Assembly: GCA_016699795.1 (NCBI GenBank)
Contig: CP065011.1
Coordinates: forward strand, 883,449 to 947,448
DNA length: 64,000 nucleotides
Reading direction: 5' to 3'
Origin: Candidatus Moraniibacteriota bacterium
GTDB taxonomy: Bacteria > Patescibacteriota > Minisyncoccia > Moranbacterales > GCA-2747515
The position numbers and the translations under genes were made by a program. Below, in pieces: positions 30,598-39,602 of this stretch (positions are counted from its first letter, which is position 1; each line of letters opens with the position of its first letter). The notes beneath the pieces are model-generated. The model did no database searches and was not told where the DNA came from. It was given only the letters and a program-made list of their open reading frames with translations.

Positions 30598-31680
30598 ATG
30601 ATACATTTTCTTGAAACTCAATTTTCTTTTTTCCCTTGGAATTCAGTTTATGGTGGTAATACCTTTTCTGAATATGTAGAATTTTTTCTTTTTTTTCTCT
30701 TCCTTTTGTTTTTTTGTGTAATCGGACAAAAGATTTTACTTTTTTTCTTTCAAAAATTAGCCCAAAAAACAAAAACAGGAATAGACGACGCGATCGTTCG
30801 AATTATAGAAATGGTGCGTCCTCCTTTTTCGGTTTTTTTAGCTTTTTATATAGCTATTGATTCTTTGGAAATTACAGGAATTTTTTCCAAAATTATTGAT
30901 GCTGTGATGATTATTTGGGTGACATGGCAAATTATTTCTGCCATTCAAATTACTTTTGAATACGCTCTTAATTGGAACTCCGATTTTTTGAGGGATAAAG
31001 GACGAAAAAATGTTATTCTTTTATTTGTGAATATTGGCAAGGGAATATTATGGGCAGTTGGTTTTCTTGTTGTTTTGTCTAATCTCGGAGTCAATATAAG
31101 TTCTCTTATTGCAGGACTTGGAGTGAGTGGAATTGTTATAGCATTTGCTTTGCAAAGTGTGTTGCAAGACCTTTCTAGCTCACTTTCTATTTATTTTGAT
31201 AGACCTTTTGAGCCAGGTGATTTTGTTGTTGTGGGAGGGTCCTATACGGGAACTGTCCAGCATATAGGAATAAAATCAACGAGAATAAAATCTATACAAG
31301 GAGAAGAAATTGTTATTTCGAATAAGGAACTTACTTCGTCGGTTATTCAGAATTATAAAAAAATGGAACGAAGAAGAGTTGTATTAACTTTTGGTTTGTC
31401 TCATGATACAGAAACGGAGAAAATGAAAACCATTCCTTCTCTTTTTGAAGAGATCTTTTTATCTCTCGATAGGGCCACTTTAGATCGTGTTCATTTTAAA
31501 AGTTTTGATGAAAATGCACTTCTTTTTGAGGTGGTATATTTTATCGAAAGCAGAGAATATCCACTCTATATGGATATTCGTCAGGAAATAAATTATCGTT
31601 TGAAAGAAATCTTTTCTGAGAAAGATATTTCTTTTATACTTCCTTCACAAAAAATATTTCTTAAGCACGAGGATTCCTAG
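30598..31680 (+). CDS. mechanosensitive ion channel (MscS family)
   Basis: 360 aa with N-terminal TM helices and the conserved MscS beta-domain (FDRPFEPGDFVVVGGSYTGTVQHIGIKSTRIKSIQGEEIVISNKEL). Confidence 0.8.
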   Translation: MIHFLETQFSFFPWNSVYGGNTFSEYVEFFLFFLFLLFFCVIGQKILLFFFQKLAQKTKTGIDDAIVRIIEMVRPPFSVFLAFYIAIDSLEITGIFSKIIDAVMIIWVTWQIISAIQITFEYALNWNSDFLRDKGRKNVILLFVNIGKGILWAVGFLVVLSNLGVNISSLIAGLGVSGIVIAFALQSVLQDLSSSLSIYFDRPFEPGDFVVVGGSYTGTVQHIGIKSTRIKSIQGEEIVISNKELTSSVIQNYKKMERRRVVLTFGLSHDTETEKMKTIPSLFEEIFLSLDRATLDRVHFKSFDENALLFEVVYFIESREYPLYMDIRQEINYRLKEIFSEKDISFILPSQKIFLKHEDS

Positions 31681-31745
31681 AAATAAAGAATGTCTTTCCT
31701 AGTAGAGGAGATATTTGTAAAATTTAGCTGGTAAAAGTAAAAAAT

Positions 31746-31779
31746 AAACTCTTCTTTTTTAGAAGAGTTGTTTTTTTTG
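31746..31779 (+). terminator. rho-independent terminator after mscS
   Basis: 'aaactcttc ttttttag aagagtt' followed by 'gttttttttg'. Confidence 0.6.
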
Positions 31780-31952
31780 AGGACTATTGTCAATCTTTGT
31801 TTTCTCTGTTATTTCGAAATTTCTCCTGCACATTGATCAAAATTTGACGGATACATTTAGATATTTTTTGCAAATTTTTACAATTTTCGTAAAAATTTTG
31901 TTATGAAAGGAAGGCGCTATAGTAGCCTCATGATCGGTGGATAACTTTTTAT

Positions 31953-32010
31953 TTGCATAAGTGTGGTTTTGTGGAGTACAATGGTTGCAAGTGGTAAAAA
32001 GTGGGGAAAT
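31953..32010 (+). promoter_or_regulatory. mraZ (dcw) promoter with 10-bp-periodic GTGG boxes (putative MraZ operator)
   Basis: TTGCAT (31953-31958), 18 nt, TACAAT (31977-31982). Decamers 'gtgtggtttt', 'gtggagtaca', 'atggttgcaa', 'gtggtaaaaa', 'gtggggaaat' (31961-32010) each begin with (G/A)TGG. Confidence 0.5.
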
Positions 32011-32025
32011 TATAATAGATACTCT

Positions 32026-32460
32026 ATGTTTATAGGTGAATACTCACACACCATTGATACAAAAAATAGACTGGCGTTTCCTTCGCGCTTAAGGGGCGAG
32101 CTTGGAAGTCGTGCAGTGCTTACTCGCGGTTTAGATAAATGTCTCTTTGTATATCCATTGATAGTATGGGAGAAAATAGCGAAAAGTATGGGATCTTTCC
32201 CCATAGGAGATCCTGAAACGAGAAGTTTTGTTCGATTGTTTCTTGCGGGTGCAGCTGATGTGGAGGTTGATGGACAAGGAAGAATTCTTCTTCCTGAATA
32301 TCTCAGGCGGTATGCTGAATTGGAAAGAAATGTTACCGTGACTGGCTTGTATGATCGTGTAGAAATTTGGGATGAAAAAAGATGGAATACTTATCGAGAA
32401 GATGCAGAAAAGAATACTGATGGAATAGCGAAAAAATTAGGAGAATTAGGCTTGTACTGA
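32026..32460 (+). CDS. mraZ: transcriptional regulator MraZ
   Basis: The MFIGEYSHTIDTKNRLAFPSRLR start matches the MraZ N-terminus and both DxxxR motifs are present (TKNRL, DGQGRILLP). The ORF-track start at 31963 (GTG) would overlap the repeat boxes. ATG at 32026 gives a typical 144-aa MraZ. Confidence 0.8.
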   Translation: MFIGEYSHTIDTKNRLAFPSRLRGELGSRAVLTRGLDKCLFVYPLIVWEKIAKSMGSFPIGDPETRSFVRLFLAGAADVEVDGQGRILLPEYLRRYAELERNVTVTGLYDRVEIWDEKRWNTYREDAEKNTDGIAKKLGELGLY

Positions 32461-32485
32461 AAAGGGTCAGAGATTATGGAATGAT

Positions 32486-33457
32486 ATGAAAGAGCGAATA
32501 CATATACCGGTTCTTTGGAAAGAAGTTTTGGAAAAAGTTTCTCCCCAAGTAGGGAATGTTGTTGTTGATGCAACGCTCGGCTCAGGTGGATATACTCGAT
32601 CTCTCTCTCAATATATTGGTTCTGAGGGTATTCTCATTTCCTTTGATAGGGATAAAAAAGCAATTGATGATTTTAAGAAATCTTTGGATCTCCAAATATT
32701 TCCTGAAATGATTCATCGAATAGAGGGGGATAATATGTTTCTTATTCATGCGAATTATTCAGATATTGAAAAAGAGCTTAAAGAAAGAAATATCCAAAAA
32801 GTTGATAGTATCGTTGCTGATTTAGGAATTTCTTCCGATCAACTTCTTGATAAAGAAAAAGGATTAAGCTTTCTCGCAGACACTCCTTTGGATATGAGAC
32901 TTGATATTCAAGAAGAGGTGGAAACTGCTTTTGATATTATTAATTCATGGGGAGGGGATGAATTAATTCGAATTTTTCAAGTAAATGCTCAAGAAAAATT
33001 TTCTAGAAAGATTGTTGAAAAAATTATTGAAAGAAGAAAAAGAGGTTTTATTGCAACAACGAAAGACCTTTCTGAATTGATTGAATCGGCTGTTCCTAAA
33101 GGATTTTATAGAATTCATCCTGCTACAAAAGTTTTTCAAGCATTACGCATGGAAGTGAATAAGGAAGAGTATCATTTAAAAGTATTTTTGGAGAAAGCCA
33201 TAAAAATCCTTCGACCAGGAGGAAGGCTGGCAATAGTGAGTTTTCATTCAGGAGAAGATAGGTTGGTAAAGGAAAGTTTTCGGGTAAATGCGAGGGGATG
33301 TATTTGCCCGCCAACATTTCCTTTGTGCCGATGTTATCAAAAGGCAAGAATAAAACAGATACATAGAAAGCCCATCTGCCCAAGTGAAGAAGAATTGAAA
33401 AGAAATCCAAGATCTCGAAGTGCAAAACTTCGTGTTATTGAGAAGATAGAAGAATAA
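32486..33457 (+). CDS. rsmH: 16S rRNA (cytosine1402-N4)-methyltransferase
   Basis: DATLGSGGYT SAM motif and C-terminal block. Confidence 0.85.
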   Translation: MKERIHIPVLWKEVLEKVSPQVGNVVVDATLGSGGYTRSLSQYIGSEGILISFDRDKKAIDDFKKSLDLQIFPEMIHRIEGDNMFLIHANYSDIEKELKERNIQKVDSIVADLGISSDQLLDKEKGLSFLADTPLDMRLDIQEEVETAFDIINSWGGDELIRIFQVNAQEKFSRKIVEKIIERRKRGFIATTKDLSELIESAVPKGFYRIHPATKVFQALRMEVNKEEYHLKVFLEKAIKILRPGGRLAIVSFHSGEDRLVKESFRVNARGCICPPTFPLCRCYQKARIKQIHRKPICPSEEELKRNPRSRSAKLRVIEKIEE

Positions 33458-33477
33458 AATGTGTAAACAAGATCAAG

Positions 33478-33834
33478 ATGAAAATAAAAGATGAGACAAA
33501 AATAATTCCTGAAAAGAAAAGAAAACATTTTTTTCTTCGAGGTTTTTTGATTTCTGGTGTTATTTTTCTTGTATTCTCTGCAATGTTTCATATTATGGCA
33601 ATTAATGCACTTGCCACAAAGGGATACGAAATGCGTTCCATTGAAAGTAGACTAGAGGAGATTTCTGAGAAACATAAACAAGTACATGTGCAAGAAGCTC
33701 AATTAACTTCTTTGTACCGAATTCGTCGCATTGGGGAGCGCCTCGAGCTTGCTTATTCAGATATTTCCCCAGAGACTGTTTATGGTGTAGAAAGCTTTGC
33801 GTTTAAAAGCTTATCTTTTTACAATACTCAATAG
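33478..33834 (+). CDS. ftsL: FtsL-like cell-division protein
   Basis: 118 aa. A single TM helix followed by a coiled-coil. Sits between rsmH and ftsI. Confidence 0.5.
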   Translation: MKIKDETKIIPEKKRKHFFLRGFLISGVIFLVFSAMFHIMAINALATKGYEMRSIESRLEEISEKHKQVHVQEAQLTSLYRIRRIGERLELAYSDISPETVYGVESFAFKSLSFYNTQ

Positions 33835-33843
33835 AATTATTTT

Positions 33844-35658
33844 TTGATAATTCTCCTGAAAAAGCTTGATTTGATTGATTTTTGGCTTATGGCTTTATTC
33901 ACAAAGAATGATTCTCATGAAAAAAAAGTTCGTAATACTGAAACATGGCGAATGAATCTTCTTGCATTTTCTTTTTTACTGTTTTTTTTGGTTATTGTGT
34001 TTCGTCTGTACGTTCTTCAGATAAAAGACGCTTCTTTTTATGCGGAACTTGCAAAAAATCAACACGCTGTGAGTTCGGATCTTCTTCCGAAAAGAGGAGA
34101 AATTTTTCTTCGTGAAAAAGATCAGCTTTATCCTTTGGCAGTGAATCGAGTATATTTTACGGTGTATGCTGTACCTAAGGAAGTAAAAAATGTAGAAGAA
34201 ACAACTCGTTTTTTAGGGGAAGTTTTTGGGCAGGACAAAAATGATTTTAAAAAATTTTTTGAAAATGAAAATGATCCTTTTGAAGTTATAGAAAAAAAAG
34301 TTAGTGAAGAAATATCAACAAAAATTAAAGAAAGTAAGCTCCCAGGTCTTTACACGGTAAATAAACTTTTTCGTTATTATCCTGGAGAAGAGTTAGCTGC
34401 TCAAACGGTAGGTTTTGTTAGTGGAGAAGATTCTTCTGTTTCTGGAAAATATGGGATAGAAGCTTTTTTGGAAGAGGAATTAAGGGGGAGCGTAGGATCT
34501 ATTCGACAAGAAAGAGATTCTCGAGGACGTTGGATTTCTATAGCGGATCGCGAATATTCTCCCGCAGTACATGGTTCAGATATCGTGCTTTCTCTAGATG
34601 CTGGTGTTCAATATCATATTGAAAGAGTTCTCCGAGAGCGTGTTCTCAAGCACGAAGCTGATGGTGCTAGTGCTATTGTTTTAGAAGCAGGTACGGGAAA
34701 AATTCTTGCTATGGCTAATGTGCCAACTTTTGATCCTAATGTTTTTTCTGATATAAAAGACCTATCATCTTTTATGAATACCTGCGTTTCAAATGCTTAT
34801 GAATCAGGAAGTGTTTTTAAACCCCTTACTTTAGCTATGGGTATTGATGCTGGAAAAATTACTTCTCAAACAACGTATACAGATACGGGAGCTGTTACGG
34901 AAGCGGGATATACTATAAAAAATTCGGATGAGAAATCTTACGGAAATCAAACCATGAAAGAGGTATTGGAAAAATCTTTGAATACAGGTACTATATTTGT
35001 TCAAAAACAATTAGGAAATGTTTTATTTCGTGACTATGTGAAACGCTTTGGTTTTGGAGAAAAAACAGGAATTTGGCTTCCAACGGAATCAAAGGGAAGT
35101 ATAATGAATTTGGAAAATACAAAAAGTACTATCAATTTTTACACGGCGTCATTCGGACAAGGTATTTCTATGACTTTGCTTCAGTTAGCTTTGGCATATG
35201 ATGTTATTGCTAATGGTGGTATCTTAATGAAACCTCAAATCGTAGATCATTCTATTCAATCTGATGGAACGAATGTTCCTTATCAACCTGAAGAAGTTCG
35301 ACGGGTAATCTCTGAGGGAGCTGCTAAAGAAGTAAGAGAAATGCTCTATTCTGTAGTAAAAAATGGACATGGAAAAAAAGCTGATGTTCCTGGCTATCGA
35401 GTTGGAGGAAAAACAGGAACGGCGCAAGTTGCAAAAAGTGATGCGAGGGGTTATTCAGAGGATGAAACCATTGGTTCCTTTGCGGGCTTAGCTCCCATAG
35501 AAGATCCACGATTTGTCGTTGTGGTAAAGATACGAAATCCAAAAGATGTTATTTGGGCTGAATCAAGCGCTGGACCAGCATTCAAAGAAATTATGCAATT
35601 TCTCTTAGAATATTATAATGTGGAACCTACAGAAATTTTGGAAAATAATAAAGAATGA
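33844..35658 (+). CDS. ftsI: peptidoglycan D,D-transpeptidase FtsI / class B PBP
   Basis: 604 aa. N-terminal TM anchor, SXXK (SGSVFKP), SXN and KTG (GKTGTAQ) motifs. Confidence 0.85.
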   Translation: MIILLKKLDLIDFWLMALFTKNDSHEKKVRNTETWRMNLLAFSFLLFFLVIVFRLYVLQIKDASFYAELAKNQHAVSSDLLPKRGEIFLREKDQLYPLAVNRVYFTVYAVPKEVKNVEETTRFLGEVFGQDKNDFKKFFENENDPFEVIEKKVSEEISTKIKESKLPGLYTVNKLFRYYPGEELAAQTVGFVSGEDSSVSGKYGIEAFLEEELRGSVGSIRQERDSRGRWISIADREYSPAVHGSDIVLSLDAGVQYHIERVLRERVLKHEADGASAIVLEAGTGKILAMANVPTFDPNVFSDIKDLSSFMNTCVSNAYESGSVFKPLTLAMGIDAGKITSQTTYTDTGAVTEAGYTIKNSDEKSYGNQTMKEVLEKSLNTGTIFVQKQLGNVLFRDYVKRFGFGEKTGIWLPTESKGSIMNLENTKSTINFYTASFGQGISMTLLQLALAYDVIANGGILMKPQIVDHSIQSDGTNVPYQPEEVRRVISEGAAKEVREMLYSVVKNGHGKKADVPGYRVGGKTGTAQVAKSDARGYSEDETIGSFAGLAPIEDPRFVVVVKIRNPKDVIWAESSAGPAFKEIMQFLLEYYNVEPTEILENNKE

Positions 35659-35665
35659 AAATTGT

Positions 35666-36955
35666 ATGAAAAGAAGAATTCTTTTTTGTATATTAAAATA
35701 TTTAGCAAAAATAATTATTTGGCGTTACCGACCAGTGATAATTGGAATTACAGGGTCAATAGGAAAAACAACAACAAAAGATGCTGTTGCTTATGTCCTT
35801 TCTGATAAATATCGAATTGGAGCGACACGGAAAAATTTCAACAATGAAATCGGGCTTCCTTTGACAGTACTGGGAGAGAAAACAACCCCAGGAAAAACTT
35901 TTGTTGGTTGGTGGGGAGTTTTTTTTCGAGCCCTTTTACACATATTCTATAGCCAAAAATATCCAGAAGTACTCGTTCTTGAAATGGGTATTGATCGTCC
36001 TGGGGATATGAAATACCTTCTTTCTATTGTTCGTCCAACTATAGGAATTGTAACAGGTGCATCATCAACTCATTTGGAATTTTTTAAAACAATAGAAGCG
36101 ATTGCTTGGGAAAAGGGTCTTTTGATACGATCTCTTTCAAAAAATGGAACAGCTCTTTTGAATACAGATAATATGTACTCTTGGTCAATGAGAAAAGATA
36201 CGGCGTGTCGGACAATTCTTTATGGTTTTTCCAAAAAAGCTACTATACGAGCTTTTAATAAAGCACTTTTATTCGAAGGGGATCAAAAGGGTGTTACCTT
36301 TAAATTAGAATATAAAGAAAAAGTTATCCCTATACGATTAAAAAATGTAATCGGTATTCATCACATCGGAGCAATTCTTCCAGCAATAGCTATTGGAGAG
36401 CTTTTGGAAATGAATCTTCTTGAGATAGCTAAAAAATTAGAATCCTTCATTCCTCCACCAGGAAGATTTCGTTTGATAAAAGGAAAAAATAATTCATTTC
36501 TTATTGATGACACCTATAATGCTTCTCCAGCATCAACTCGCGCAGGAATTATTTCGTTGGGAGATTTTAAGAAAGAAGAAAAAATATTGGTTTTGGGAGA
36601 TATGTTAGAGCTTGGAGAAGAAGAGAAAAATCTTCATAGCTCTTTATGTGAAGATATTCTTAAAATAAAACCGCATAAGATTATTCTTGTGGGAAAACGT
36701 ATGAAAATACTTTTTGAGTCTTTGCAATGTTTTGATAAAGAAAAAGATATTTTTCATTGGGTGGAAACTCCTTATGAAGTTTCTGCTCTCATTGTGCCTT
36801 TCTTGCATGAAAATTCTCTTATTTTTATTAAAGGATCTCAAGCAATGCGTATGGAATTAGTCGTCGAAGAATTAATGGAAAATCCTCAAGATGCAAAAAA
36901 ACTTTTATGTAGACAGAATAAAGAGTGGAAAGAAATCCCATTTTTAAAACCATAA
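35666..36955 (+). CDS. murF: UDP-N-acetylmuramoyl-tripeptide--D-alanyl-D-alanine ligase
   Basis: P-loop IIGITGSIGKTTTKD and the NNEIGLPLTVL block, a MurF hallmark. The ORF-track start 35618 overlaps ftsI. ATG at 35666 (MKRRILF) is more likely. Confidence 0.7.
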   Translation: MKRRILFCILKYLAKIIIWRYRPVIIGITGSIGKTTTKDAVAYVLSDKYRIGATRKNFNNEIGLPLTVLGEKTTPGKTFVGWWGVFFRALLHIFYSQKYPEVLVLEMGIDRPGDMKYLLSIVRPTIGIVTGASSTHLEFFKTIEAIAWEKGLLIRSLSKNGTALLNTDNMYSWSMRKDTACRTILYGFSKKATIRAFNKALLFEGDQKGVTFKLEYKEKVIPIRLKNVIGIHHIGAILPAIAIGELLEMNLLEIAKKLESFIPPPGRFRLIKGKNNSFLIDDTYNASPASTRAGIISLGDFKKEEKILVLGDMLELGEEEKNLHSSLCEDILKIKPHKIILVGKRMKILFESLQCFDKEKDIFHWVETPYEVSALIVPFLHENSLIFIKGSQAMRMELVVEELMENPQDAKKLLCRQNKEWKEIPFLKP

Positions 36956-37032
36956 TAAAGAATTTTTTGTTTTTTCCTTTTTGTGGTGTACAATAAAAAG
37001 AGAAAAAATATAAATGCATAGTACTATTTTTT

Positions 37033-37956
37033 ATGTTTGATGTTGTTGTTATTGGAGGTGGTCCTGCTGGAGTAGCTGCTGGAATATATTCGGCAAGGAA
37101 GCAAATGAATACTTTATTTCTTTCTGAGTCTATCGGGGGGCAATCCTCGGTGAGTGCGACTATAGAGAATTGGATAGGAGATATTTCCTTGAAAGGTTTT
37201 GAGTTTGCTCAAAAATTAGAATCTCATCTTCGTGCTCAAGAAAGTATCGATATTCGCCTTATGACGCGAGTAGAAAAAATAAAATCTTTTTCAAAAGGAT
37301 TTTTAGTAACTACTCAGAAAGGGGACGTATTTGAAACACTTTCTGTTATTATCGCAACGGGAGGAAGTCACCGACATCTTAATGTTCCTGGAGAAGAAAA
37401 ATTTATAGGAAAAGGTGTTGTTTTCTGCTCTACTTGTGATGCTCCTTTTTTTCGAAATAAAACTGTCGCTGTCGTGGGTGCTGGTAATAGTGGCTTGGAG
37501 GCATGTCAAGATCTTTTTCCCTATGCAAAAGAAATTTTTCTTCTCTCAAATACAGATCATTTGGGTGGAGACGTTGTAAATCAAGATGTTGTAATTGGAA
37601 ATAATAAAGTTACTTTGGTGTATAATAGTGTAACAAAAGAGATTCTTGGGGATACAGTCGTGACGGGTATTCGGTATGAAGACACGGTGACGAATGAAGA
37701 CAAAATACTTGACGTAGATGGTGTTTTTGTAGAAATCGGAATGGTTCCAAATTCTCTTTTTGTAAAGGATATGCTAGAGGTGAATTCGTACGGAGAAATA
37801 GTTATCGATCATCGTACTATGGCTACATCAGTTGAAGGAATCTTTGCAGCTGGAGATGTGACGGATATTATATATAGACAAAACAATATTGGGGCGGGTC
37901 AGGGGTCTATAGCTGCTTTATCAGCATATGATTGGACAAAGAAAAAGCAGAGATAA
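37033..37956 (+). CDS. trxB: thioredoxin-disulfide reductase-like FAD/NAD(P) oxidoreductase
   Basis: Two Rossmann motifs (VVVIGGGPAGVAAG, VAVVGAGNSGLEA) and the redox-active CSTCDAPFF (CxxC). Confidence 0.7.
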   Translation: MFDVVVIGGGPAGVAAGIYSARKQMNTLFLSESIGGQSSVSATIENWIGDISLKGFEFAQKLESHLRAQESIDIRLMTRVEKIKSFSKGFLVTTQKGDVFETLSVIIATGGSHRHLNVPGEEKFIGKGVVFCSTCDAPFFRNKTVAVVGAGNSGLEACQDLFPYAKEIFLLSNTDHLGGDVVNQDVVIGNNKVTLVYNSVTKEILGDTVVTGIRYEDTVTNEDKILDVDGVFVEIGMVPNSLFVKDMLEVNSYGEIVIDHRTMATSVEGIFAAGDVTDIIYRQNNIGAGQGSIAALSAYDWTKKKQR

Positions 37957-37995
37957 GTATTTTCGTTTTTCCTTCATAAAATGAAATAAAAAAAC

Positions 37996-39174
37996 ATGAA
38001 AAAAGAAGATAAAATTTTAAAGAGAAGGCCAGAATACCGGACAATTTTTATTGGTTCCGATCATGCTGGGTATGAGTACGCTCATCGTCTTATACAAGAT
38101 CTTAAGAAAAAAGGATATCAAGTTATTGATTGTATTGTTGGGGAGAAGTCAAAAACTGATGATTATCCGGATAGGGTTTTTGATCTGTATAGAGCTATGG
38201 CGAGAGAAAATTTTTCAGGTGAAGGTATTTTATTTTGTTCAAGTGGTGAAGGGGTATGTATAAGTGCCAATAAATTACCAGGAATTCGTGCTGTGGAGGC
38301 TCGCGATAGCTTGGAGGCTCGAAAATCGAAAGAACATAATAATGCAAATGTTCTTTGTTTGGGAGCGAAAGAACTTTCTTATGAAGAATCTTTTGAATTA
38401 GCTATGGAGTGGCTTTTGGCAGTGTTTTCCGAAGAAACGAGACATGAGAGGCGCTGTGAAAAAATACAGAGGTTGGAATATGCTAGTTTTGTTTATAAAA
38501 GTCGACAGATGCCAAAGCAACATATTATTCCTGCCATTCTTTCTTCTCGATACCATGAAATTTCTGAAAAATTACACACATTGTATGGTTTGGTACAGTG
38601 GGTACAAATAGATGTTATTGATGATTCTAATGTATCAGGAAGAACAGTACTTCCTTTTGAAATGAATCTTTTAGAATGGCCCTTTCTTTTCGAGGCTCAT
38701 CTTATGGTGGCCAATCCTATGAAATACATAGATACTTGTAAACATGCAGGATTTTCTCGGATTATTTTTCATCATGAAGTAGAAGAGGATTCGGAGCTCA
38801 TTATTAATGCTATCCATTCTGCTGGAATGGAAGTGGGAATTGCTATTAATCCCAAAACTCCTTTGGTAACATTAGAGCCTTTTATAAAGAAAATTGATCG
38901 CATTCTTCTCCTTGGTGTTCATCCTGGAAAATCAGGACAGATATTATTTCCTGAAACAAGAGAAAGAATAAAAATACTAAGAAAAAAAATATACAGAAAT
39001 CCTTCACTTTTTGTGGATGGTGGTGTAAATGAAAAAAATATAATGTCTATCGTCAATGCTGGAGCTGATGGTGTTTGTGTTTCGAGTGCACTTTTTGAAG
39101 GAAGAAAAGATGCTGACATAGCAAAAAGACTACAATACTTGGAAAGTTTTTTTGAAAATAATGAAAATATATGA
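37996..39174 (+). CDS. bifunctional ribose-5-phosphate isomerase B / ribulose-phosphate 3-epimerase fusion
   Basis: N-terminal ~150 aa is RpiB/LacAB-like (IFIGSDHAGYEY, GILFCSSGEGVCISANK). The C-terminal ~220 aa is Rpe-like TIM barrel (VQIDVIDDSNV, HLMVANP, GVHPGKSGQ, FVDGGVN). Confidence 0.75.
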   Translation: MKKEDKILKRRPEYRTIFIGSDHAGYEYAHRLIQDLKKKGYQVIDCIVGEKSKTDDYPDRVFDLYRAMARENFSGEGILFCSSGEGVCISANKLPGIRAVEARDSLEARKSKEHNNANVLCLGAKELSYEESFELAMEWLLAVFSEETRHERRCEKIQRLEYASFVYKSRQMPKQHIIPAILSSRYHEISEKLHTLYGLVQWVQIDVIDDSNVSGRTVLPFEMNLLEWPFLFEAHLMVANPMKYIDTCKHAGFSRIIFHHEVEEDSELIINAIHSAGMEVGIAINPKTPLVTLEPFIKKIDRILLLGVHPGKSGQILFPETRERIKILRKKIYRNPSLFVDGGVNEKNIMSIVNAGADGVCVSSALFEGRKDADIAKRLQYLESFFENNENI

Positions 39175-39587
39175 AAATACAAATGAAAAAGGCTTCCGTT
39201 CTTGCGTTCACCCTTATTATGATGGGAGTTCTCCTTTTGGCAGGACTTTCTCTCTCAGAGGCAACACTAAGAGATAGAAGAACGGCTTTGGATTCCGGTA
39301 ATAGCTTGCAGGCACTTCAAATCGCTGAATCTGTGGGGAATACTGCTATAGAGAAATTAACAGCTAATACAAGTGATGTCGCAACAATAGAGACTGTTAT
39401 AGAAAATGGAACATCCATTATTTGTTCTTCTGGTCCTTCTGGCGTAGGTACATACGATATTCTTTTTTATAAAATAAATGAGATACGGATGGAATGTGGT
39501 GAGGCTGCAGAGGATGTTGCAAAGATAAAAGTATATGGAAAATATCGAGGGACGGCTCGAGTTATAGATCGGGCAATTGCCAAATAA
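39171..39587 (+). CDS. PilX-N-type type IV pseudopilin-like protein (paralog 1)
   Basis: 138 aa. N-terminus KKASVLAFTLIMMGVLLLAGLSLS...SLQALQIAESVGNTAIEKL fits the PilX_N pattern (hydrophobic helix, then AxQxAE[SA]G). Confidence 0.55.
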   Translation: MKIQMKKASVLAFTLIMMGVLLLAGLSLSEATLRDRRTALDSGNSLQALQIAESVGNTAIEKLTANTSDVATIETVIENGTSIICSSGPSGVGTYDILFYKINEIRMECGEAAEDVAKIKVYGKYRGTARVIDRAIAK

Positions 39588-39602
39588 CTGAAAGATAAAA
39601 AT

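Noticed and set aside
31963-32025. Upstream GTG start for mraZ (ORF-track start 31963) and upstream starts for ldh (16952), murF (35618), ybeY (44171), uvrA (54745), rplU (51535)
   Set aside because: In each case the extended N-terminus overlaps the preceding gene or a regulatory repeat, and an internal ATG gives the canonical family N-terminus. The shorter forms were adopted.
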